64,000 nucleotides of DNA from Tubulanus polymorphus (taxonomy: Eukaryota > Animalia > Nemertea): assembly GCF_964204645.1 (NCBI RefSeq), contig NC_134026.1, forward strand, positions 28,864,150 through 28,928,149. The letters are read 5' to 3'. The notes beneath the pieces were generated by a model. That model worked only from the letters and a program-made list of their open reading frames with translations. It was not told the origin of the DNA and searched no databases. The position numbers and the translations under genes were made by a program. Positions 1 through 10,600 of this stretch are shown here, in pieces (the first letter of the stretch is position 1; every line of letters starts with the position of its first letter).

Positions 1-1821
1 TAATTACCGTTTAAATGAATTTTAACGGTTTGAATATTTCTGTGAAGAGGTCAAAAGAGAAATTAAATTCAAATCAAATTCATATCATTCATGTGATACG
101 TTATACTGAAATGACAATAAACGCCTGTATTTACAACTGATGCTTCTTGCTTCATTACTATTCTAAACAGTTCATATTAACTTCGTTCAGCCAGTCGTTA
201 CGAAGTGACAATCTTCGCTAATTCATTTAGTCTATTCATAACACTGTCTCTTCCAAATGAACGCTCAGACCCGGTGTCGTTCAGAAGCAAACGGCTGCAT
301 TTTCCAAAAGAAAGGCTCTCAGGCAATAACGCAAGATTATTTCTATTAATGTGGAGTTATGAAGATGTAATCAAGCGAAACATAAACCCTGAAATTTTGG
401 TCATCCATACTGCCACAATTCTGATATGTATCTATTGGTGACGTGGGTGGGTGCCGTTTCATGTTATGCACGTGTAATTCTACATAATAGCTCTTCCTAT
501 TCAACGCGTTTAATTCTACTGTATGCGCTCGAAGGTTTCCATTCATCCACGGAGTTTGAAATAGTGTAAAAGTGGTTTATATGAAGCTTTTTTCTACGGA
601 CAGTATTTCATATTTTCTCGTAGTGAAAACGTATTAAGAAATTATGTTTTCGCACGTTAAGATTGCTTGCTGAATAAAGGGAAAAGATTATGGCAGGAAT
701 AATTATATCTTTTGACCACTCTTTAACACTAAGTACCCAATCATCGACAAAAGACGATCATCCCGCAATAAAGTAAAACCTTTGAGCCGATGATATACGA
801 CAAATCCTGAAAGTTTTATGATAATAACCATCAATCAGTCACGTGACACAGTGCACCGGAAATGTGACGCAGTAGAGGGGAGGAGCTGGAAAATAAAATG
901 ACTCTCGGTTGCAATATGAAGACGGAAATGTGTCGACGGTATTCAATCCTGTTTCGAAATCTCTTCTGGTCGGAAACAACCATAACATCGAAAAGGAAAC
1001 GTCGTCGGATTCTCGACTTATACTCGATATCAGCAACGAATCGACACGTTTTTATTTTACGCAGTTTCTAATTGGGATACGTCATAATTCAAAGGTAATT
1101 TAATTCATACTCATTTGAAACACGATTTCATCATTTTTACTCATTTCTCTAAGCACGTATTTATTAAACAACGACAGCACAAATAAAGGTTACGCTTGTT
1201 TGTTATGTTTTTTGTTTATCAACTAATACTTCTGAACAAAAAAAAGCTAAACCTGTGTAGTACGTATTTATACGAATTATTTCAACATAGTTCTAATAAG
1301 CAATACAATGAAATATACAGATTTGTACGGGTCTACCTTTACTTTATTTCATACGTAAATATTACATTTTTTGAAATTTTGCATTTTTGAAATCAAACCT
1401 AAACGCATTTTACAGGAATATTTGGGAATCTATTGAAACTCTTTCTTACTCGTATAGTGATTTTTTTTTCGTAAAACCGCACGTTATCTAAATGCTGCTT
1501 TTAAACTTCAATATTCAGTCCGATAGAAATGCCCAACATGTTTACGTTTATTTGCCATTATCATAAATACTCTAATTACTTTATTTATTTTATGTAACCC
1601 CTTTCAACTGTATAGATGTATCAAATGTTCAAAATATTTACAGAGTACAAATGACTCAATGCTAAAAATATTCCCTTAACGGTGGATGTTGTTTGAAATA
1701 TTCAAAAAGTAAATTCCAACCTCAACTAAAAACTGTCCGTGTTAGTAAACAGTGTAACAGTAGTAGCATAGCCTAGATAACCATTTTACCGAAATCATAA
1801 TTTTTTATTTCTAGGCTTAAC

Positions 1822-2424
1822 ATGGAGGTTAGTAAGTCAGAATATGATAATTTCTCTTCTGAGGAGGAAAGTGATCATGAACTAACCGAATCTGATCGTA
1901 ACGGCAACGATGAGAAAAACCTTCTAATGCAGACTCATTGCCAACAACTTTATATATACCCAACTGATGATAGGCCGCCTTTTTATCTTCCATATAGGGC
2001 TGGTGTGGATACTCGCCTATTCTCGGAGCCACGATTAATAACGCCTGGTCCAGCAAACGTCGTTGATGAGTTTGTTCCAGTGAGAAAAGTTGCCCGCAGG
2101 ATGTTCACAAATAGCCGAGAAAGATGGAGACAACAGAATGTGAATGGGGCATTCGCCGAGCTACGTAAACTCGTGCCCACTCACCCACCCGATAAAAAAC
2201 TCAGCAAAAACGAAATTCTTAGATTGACTATTCGGTATATCAGGCTTCTGAGCAAAGTTATCGACTATCAGAAAAATGACGGCGAAAACGATACATCGTC
2301 AAGGAGTATAATACACATGAACGATGACACGGGATCGCCAGATGAAACTGGTCGCGGATCAATAGTTGATTCACCTGTATCAAACTATTATCCCGATAGC
2401 AGCGGGGATGAGTCAAGTCCGTGA
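1822..2424 (+). CDS. TAL1: TAL1/SCL/LYL1-family class II bHLH transcription factor (single coding exon, 200 aa)
   Basis: b[52 protein letters not shown] is the SCL/TAL signature. Splice acceptor ttctag ends at 1814 just before the ATG; candidate 5'UTR donor AAAG|gtaatt at 1094. Confidence 0.93.
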   Translation: MEVSKSEYDNFSSEEESDHELTESDRNGNDEKNLLMQTHCQQLYIYPTDDRPPFYLPYRAGVDTRLFSEPRLITPGPANVVDEFVPVRKVARRMFTNSRERWRQQNVNGAFAELRKLVPTHPPDKKLSKNEILRLTIRYIRLLSKVIDYQKNDGENDTSSRSIIHMNDDTGSPDETGRGSIVDSPVSNYYPDSSGDESSP

Positions 2425-4612
2425 CATTACCTCGATGGAAAAACGATCTAGAAATTGTGTTGTTTTGAAAGCGATCATTTCAAGCGTAGATCATCACGTT
2501 TTATTGGTCATAGATTGCGAGATAGAACAAGTATATTTGGAGACTGTGAGATAAAATCGTGGCGTTTTCTTCTCGTTGGTGATGTGCTGCCCAAAACAGT
2601 GGAGCAGAGATAAAATATCACATCATAAAATCAGTGCAGAGGACAGTCAACGGTGAATACATATTTGAAATATAGTTCGTATATAACCGTAGAAATTAGT
2701 TGATATCTCGCCGACTTCCAATACGTTGAAAACACGAGAAATTGTAAATTGTGCCAAAATGTGTAAATTTGATTGACGAATGCGGAACAAAGTGTTAAAA
2801 CGCCGGTGCTAATAACTGTGTTAAAAATTTGTAAACTTTTCCATTTGAGAGTAGAAGGACTACAGAATGCATGTGAAATATGCCCATTATGTGAATCAGT
2901 TTTGTTGTACATTTCTTTAAAAATCATGAATAAAATATCACAAAAAAGAATTGATATCCATGAAGATTAGTTGAGTATTTTTCAGGGAAAGATGAAAATT
3001 GTCAATATGGAATTGTTGCGCCGTTGTTTCTTTCAGCCGGACAGAGTGATGATGTTTCATTGTCTCATTATATTGAGATGATTCGGACTTTCCGGGTCAC
3101 CGCATTCAACATCGCTATCATCGCGCTTGTTCCCGACACTTAAGAATTATTTTATAGCTTTGACACACGATGGTCGCAGCTATTCATTGACAGTTTTTTA
3201 TCTGTTTGGCGGGGATTAGTGAGAAAATTAACGGCCATGCAACTGTTTAAGGTGTGGGAAATAGCTGGCCAACGACGACTAATTTATCTGCTCTGCTTCA
3301 CACGTATGATGCCTCTAATCCGTGGATATTTGATAGTTCCTACGGTTGCTATATGCACTAGTAAAATTAGTATAATTTAATGACCAACAATCTCTTTATG
3401 AACATTTCATTGAGAATATGAGTCTTTTTATGGCGACATTTTTACAGGATTTTCCGAACCATTAAACACGACGACAGCGAATACAATAGGACAATCGCGT
3501 TCACTTTTTATCACACAGCAGCGCTCAACCTAACGTTCAATACAACCGATTCATGTCGCTCGGTGCCCCTGAAATAGGACGATGGTTTCTGTATATTTAA
3601 AGTAATCGAATGAATAAAAGGAAATAGAAATCTTCTAAGTCAATGCATCCACTTTCCTTTTACATTCACTTTTCACAAACTTGTTTAGTTCTACAGTTTA
3701 ATCCCTCACGTGATAAAACAACAAATCAACTAAAACTAATTTCTTTATTTAATATCGATACATTTATTATGAAAGCGCGAGAAAGAATGCACAAATAAAT
3801 ACCTACGAAGAAAAAGAGACAACGTTTAAATTGGACAATGACTGTTTTTGTTTTATCGACTAAGAATCCAATGTATAACCGGGGACAACGTCAATACTAA
3901 GATGTGTAAAACCAGACTAGAGACAGAGAGAGAATCTAAATCTATTTTCATAAATGAAGACTAGAATAGCAACGATTTTTGTGTTTTTTCCAATTTAGTT
4001 ATGTACTGCTTTTCTACTGATATTTTTATATTCTGAAGTTTTACTACGACATATTCTCTTCACATATTCATTCTTAAGAACTGGAAGACATTTCGTCTAC
4101 TATTATATCGTGTTGAGTAGAAGGGTTAAAAAGGTATATGATTCGTAAATATATATTATCATAAAATACTCTATATTGTGATACGCGTATTCATATAATT
4201 ATCATATAAGATATGAAGTAGTCATACTGCGTATCAGTTTGAATATCGATAAATATTCAGCATTATTTATTTCTAATACTAAATGGCATATAAACAATTC
4301 ACCCTGTTTTGATATTTTATCAGAATTTCACTCAAAAATGTTGATACATACCACGAAGTTGAAGATTTTTTTTAGAGCAATAACCGGCCAATAATCGGAT
4401 CGTTAGGCAATTTTAGAATAATTGAAGTTGTCTTTGCAACACGAGTACATTTGAAAAATCTAACTAATATCTAATTCAACTCAGTTTGCTTTGTACAATT
4501 ATGTTTCGATCTGAGTCTAATAATCTATGTTAATATTTTGAACCGATCAAATAATAAGTTATAAAATAAATATTTATATAAAGTTGTAAAACGTCTATTA
4601 CATCATCGTAAA

Positions 4613-7600
4613 TTATAAATGAGTTATAGCATCTTCATCAGATACCAATCCAGCATCGTACTGACCAGTGGACGGTACACGTAGTAAATGGGACCCGTGT
4701 CTACCACTGCTACTATCTGAAGAACTAGAATCGGATGAACTAGAACCTCTTCGCAATGAACCTTGAAATCCGGCGTTTAACTGTGAATTGTCAGGGCTCT
4801 GGTCCCCTTTTGCTCGAAAACCTGTCATCTTCAATCCACCTGTATCAACACTCATCTATAAGAATATGAATCAAATCGTTACAGCGATTGTTTATGAGAA
4901 ATAAAATCAGACTCATTTTGTTAGATGTACAGTGGTTAAATATGAGATAGGAGGTTACGAGCTTCAGTTTCATTTCATTTGCTTCAAGTTTTCTTTTAAA
5001 ATTAGAATAGTTTTGTTAGATATATAGAAGTAACATAGTTAAATCTGTTACGAGCTGGTTAAGATATCTTTGATCCCAAGGTACATATTATTAGAATAGT
5101 GCAATGTGTTATGTACCTTGTACGGTTTTATTCCGTCCTGTGCTTTCTTCGGAGTGACGCGTGTACTAAGCTCAGGTCTTCTTACCTTCTTCTTCCTATC
5201 ATCGTCTTTCTTGATGTCTTCCTCGCTCGATGAAGACGTGGTTGAATGTTTATCAGACTCTACTTTTATCTCAGGCAAGTCGGCAGTAGGTTTAATTTTG
5301 ATATCTTCATCAGTAGTAAGATGCTTCTTTTTCTTGTGATGTTTCATCTTTTTCTTAGGTTCAATTTTTGTTCCCGCGGTAAATAGCTCTGGCTGTGCAT
5401 GAGCCTGAACTTCTATATCTGGTACAACAACATCTACATCCGAAGTTGTAATTGCATGCCACTCTGGAGGTGTAACGTCAAGTCGCTTCTGTTTCTTATC
5501 GTGATCGCTTTCTGATTCATCACTTTTTGATTTTTTCGATTTACTTTTCTTTTTTGGTAAATGTATTCCTCCTTTTCCAACATTGAACTTCCCCTTGTGT
5601 TTCTTTTTATGATCATCGTCGTCTTCGTCACTAGAGTGTTTCTCTTTACTTTTAATTTTTGGTGAAACATGATGCATCTTAGGTGTCAAGATACCTAGAT
5701 GTGCCTTAGGCTGCTTTTTCTTTCGTTTTGTATCATCATCAGAATCAACTTTGACTTCAATATTTGGTTCTACATTGAGCGTGTAATTGTCTTTCTTCTT
5801 TATTCTCGGACTTGGGACCCTTATTTTCTTGGTTTTTGGTTTATCCTTACGTTTATCACCACTTTCACTCGAAGAAGATTCGGGATGCTTCACATGTATT
5901 TCGGGAGGACTCTTTTCTATACTTAAATCCGGTGTCATATCATAATCTTTTTTCTTCCCAATACTTGGACTAGGTACAGAAATATTCAATTTATTCTTTT
6001 TCTTCTTTTTGCCATCACTACTTTCATTAGATGATTCGGCCTTCTTCGTAATCCTAGGACTTGGTATGCATATTCCACCAGAAAGTTTAGCCTTATGCTT
6101 TTCGTCACTGCTATCACTACTGTCTTCTTTGTCAACAGTTATTTCCGGTGTTTTAGTTTCAACATCAACATTTGCCTTTGGCTTTTTCTTTCGACCAAGA
6201 TTTGGACTAGGGAAGCGGAAACCACCTTTCACCTTAGACTGTTTAGGCTGCTTTTCACCATCACTTTCACTGCTTGACTTTCTATCATCAGAGACGTCAA
6301 CTTTGAAGCCGACATCTGGTACATCTGCATCTATTTCATGTTGCTTCTTTTTCTTGCCTAATTTTGGACTAGGAAAATGAATTCGACCTTTGCGTTTTGT
6401 TTTTAGCTTATCTTCGTCATCACTACTATTACCGGAACTACCATTCTCTTTTGATGGCTTCTTCTTCTTCTTCTTCTTGTCTGGTTCATCTTCACTATTT
6501 TCATCCTCGCTTCCAGATTTTTTGCTTCGCATCTTGAGCCGTGGTGATGGGACTCTAAGGTTAAAACCTTTTTTATGTTTCTTTTCATCACCACTCGACG
6601 GAAGCCCGATATCGGCTTCAACATCGAGTGTAGGTGCTTTTGGTTTATGATGCTTAATCTTTATCTCCTTTTCTACTTTAACCTCGGGAATCTTGTCATC
6701 GTCGGATATATTCCCTTGCATTTCAATAGATGGAATATTCATATCTATCCTACCCTTTCGATCATTATCAGAGACGTCTGGTGACCAAGTATTAAGCTCA
6801 ATTTTGTCTGGTTTCTTTTTGTTCTTATGTTTCTTGGGTTTCTTTTTCTCGTCGAAATCGCTTCGATAATCTGGAAGAGCAGCAACGACAGACATTTGAC
6901 CCTTCTCAATTTTTTCATCTTCATCTCCACTATCTATTTTTACTTCTTGTTGAAAGGTAAATCCACCAATGCTTGCTCGCTTTTTGAGTTTACCTTTCAT
7001 GCAGCATGGACTGCATGGTTTCTTTTTTTTTCTTTTGGTTGACGTCATTGCCTTGCCATCTGCCCCAACAGCTACTGTAACGTCATCATCGGACGAGACC
7101 GAACCGCAACATAGACAACATCGGGACGACCCGCAATGGTTTTCCTGTTTGATGACCTGTGTTTTTCCATCAGGACCAATGACTATAACTTCAGAGTTGT
7201 CTTCGGCACACGGTGAACAAGGGCTGCAAGACCCATTTGTCTTATATTTTCTTTCTTTTTTGACAGCTTGTGTTTGACCATCAGGACCGATAACTATATG
7301 TTCATCATCAGAATCTGCATGTGCCGAACAAGGACAGCATGGGCTACATGTACCACCATGTTTCTGTTGTTTCATGACCTGTGATTTTCCATCTGGTCCA
7401 ATTACGATAACTCTTTTAGAACTAGATGACTTGCAACACGAGGAACCCTTATCATTCTGTTTTGCCTCTTTTCTGACCACTTTTGTTTGTCCATCAGGAC
7501 CAACAACAATGTGATGTTCATCATCATCCGAGTCCGAATGTGCACAACATGGGCTGCATGGACTGCCGTGTTTGTTTTCATTAACGACCTGTGATTTTCC

Positions 7601-10600
7601 ATCTGGTCCCACAACAATAACCTTTTTGGAACGAGGTGATTTACAACATGATGAACACAGGCCGCGCTTATTCTTCTTTTTTTCCTTTTTAACAACTTTT
7701 GTCTCCCCATCAGGTCCGACAACAATTTGGTGCTCTTCATCAGAATCAGAGTGTGTGCAACAAGTACAACATAGGCTACATGAACCACCGTGTGTCCTAT
7801 CTTTAACGACCTGTGATTTTCCATCTGGTCCCACAACAATTACCTTTTTCGAACTAGACGGAATGCAACATGGTGAGCACGCGCTGCCCTTCTTTTTATG
7901 TTGTTTCTTCTTTTTGACAACTTCTGTTTCTCCATCAGGACCGACAACAATTTGGTGCTCGTCATCGGAATCCAAGTTGGCACAGCAGGTACAACATTGA
8001 CTACATGGACCACCGTGTTTCTTTTCTTTAATGACCTTTGATTTTCCATCTGGTCCCACTACTATAACTTTTTTAGAAGCAGATGACTTGCAACATGGGG
8101 AACACAAGCTGCCCTTGCTGTTCCGTTTTGTCCCCTTTTTGACCACTTCTGTTTCTCCATCAGGACGGACAATTATATGATGTTCTTCATCGTCCGAGTC
8201 TGAATGATCACAACATGGGCTGCATGGACCGCCGTGATTAGTCGTTTTTACAACGCGTGTTTTACCCTCTGGATCTATCACAATTACTTCTTCTCCTGAA
8301 CCGGAGCCTATACAGCACGGTGAACATGAAGCACCACCACGTTTCCTCTTTCGTTTCTTCACGATGTGTGGTTTACCGTCGATCTCAACATGATGCTCTT
8401 CATCCGATGCATTATGGCCAAGGCAACACGGAGAACAAGGACTACAAGATGTGTGTTTCTTTGTGCGCACAGTGTGTGACTTTCCATCGTCTCCAATAAC
8501 TATTACCTCTTCATCGGATGAACCATCACAGCATGGGCTACAAGGAGAACATTTAGATTTCTTTCCGTGTACAATTCTTGATTCTCCATCTTTTCCTATG
8601 ACCATTACTTCTTCATCCGATTCTTCGCAACATGGGCTGCATGGACAGCATTTTGCCTTTTTATTGCACCGCACAGTTTTAGTTTCACCATCTGCGCCAA
8701 CTACAATTTCTTCGTCACTTGTCTGTGCAGCACAACATGGACTACAAGCGCAGCTGTTTCCGCCTTTTTTCTTTCTTCGCACAGTTTTAGTTTCACCATC
8801 TGCACCAACTACAACTTCTTCGTCACTTGTCTGTGCAGCACAACATGGACTACAAGCGCAGCTCTTTCCGCCTTTTTTCTTTCTTCGCACAGTTTTAGTT
8901 TCACCATCTGCACCAACTACAATTTCTTCGTCACTTGTCTGTGCAGCACAACATGGACTACAAGCGCAGCTCTTTCCGCCTTTTTTCTTTTTTCGCACAG
9001 TTTTAGTTTCACCATCTGCACCAACTACAATTTCTTCATCACTTGTCTGTGCAGCACAACATGGACTACAAGCGCAGTTCTTTCTGAATTTTTTCTTTCT
9101 TCGCACAGTTTTAGTTTCACCATCTGCACCAACTACAATTTCTTCATCACTTGTCTGTGCAGCACAACATGGACTACAAGCGCAGCTGTTTCCGCCTTTT
9201 TTCTTTCTTCGCACAGTTTTAGTTTCACCATCTGCACCAACTAAAATTTCCTCTGTCGACTCGTCATCACAGCATGGGCTACAAGGACAACATTTATTCT
9301 TTCTTCTTCGTACATTATTCTTTTTCCCGTCCTTCCCTATAACTTCCTCTTCTTCTGAAGAACCATAACAACACGGACTACATAAAAGGAGACAACTGCC
9401 ACGCTTATTGTGGCCTTTGTTTCTCGTCTTGCCATCGGCTCCGACAACGACTTCATCGTCATCTGTAGAATCATCACAGCATGGACTACACGGGCTACAG
9501 ATAGCTCGTTGTCGTTGTTTCCTTCGAAGTCGTTTTCGTCTTTTACCCGAAATGCCACCACCAACACCTAAATCAGTTTTCAGTTCTCCCTCGTCATCCG
9601 TATCTGATCCACTGCCTTTTTCTCTCATTTCCTTCTGTCCCTTCGCATCACCAGACCAACCACTCTCGACATCGGATCTGAGTCGGTTTTTCTTACGTTT
9701 TTTTCGACAACAGCCGCAACATAAACACCAATCATCACACCACCCTCTACAGCACCCGAATACAATACAAATAATGATCAACAGCGCCAATAAAACAGCC
9801 AGCAAAATTACAGCGACTAACAACTGCATTCTTGCTCCTTAAATGAAAATGTTCAAAACGATTATTTCAGTTATCATTTAGCTATATCATGAAACCCAGG
9901 TAAATGCTGCCCTACCTATTAATATGGGAGCTCCGATTGGTGCTGCAGGATCTGAAATGAATTCATATATTTCACGTCGAGCAGAGATTTTTCAAATTGA
10001 TATTGAAATTGACACTGACATTGAAACTTACATAAAAAGTTAATGACTGTCGAACCTCTACCATTTGGACCATGATATTTTGGGTCACCTAGCTTGAAAA
10101 CCTGTGCTCGTTTTGCGGGGGGCATTCCACCAGGGATTCCACCTGCAGTTGCTCTACGCCTTCTAGCTACGGTGGTGTCTACGCCCATTGCATATGCTAC
10201 TAACATCGGCATGTTGGTTTTAATGAAATCATGGTCAGTTGATTCATTTGCTGAAATTCGAAAAGACGCCACATTTGTTTTATTCTACAATGTCTAATCA
10301 ATTCCAAAAGCAAAGTTCACAATTGGAGCATACCTTGCAGTTTTTTTCTGAACGCGACAAATGTATGTGTAGACGTCTGATAACCGACGACACCGGTGAG
10401 TGAATCAGTGAGTCCGAAATATGAATCTTCTAATGGATAGGCTGTACCCCACGAGTATAGATCCCGAATTCTTGTCTTATTTTTAAAGACTGACACTATG
10501 ACCATATCTAGGCAGGTCATGCTCGTAAATGCTATTTGAAAACAAACATATAACAACATTTAGGATTTCCTTAGCAGCAACTTCAAATTGGACAATTCAC

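Noticed and set aside
8451-9368. 305-aa plus-strand ORF and other antisense ORFs between 5106 and 9842
   Set aside because: Antisense shadows of the repetitive minus-strand exon; no independent motifs or splice support.
5048-9829. 1593-aa ORF as a stand-alone gene starting at MQLLV
   Set aside because: An in-frame acceptor lies 8 nt upstream of the ATG and links through a phase-compatible 36-nt exon to DOMON exons that otherwise lack a sensible end; better read as an internal exon.
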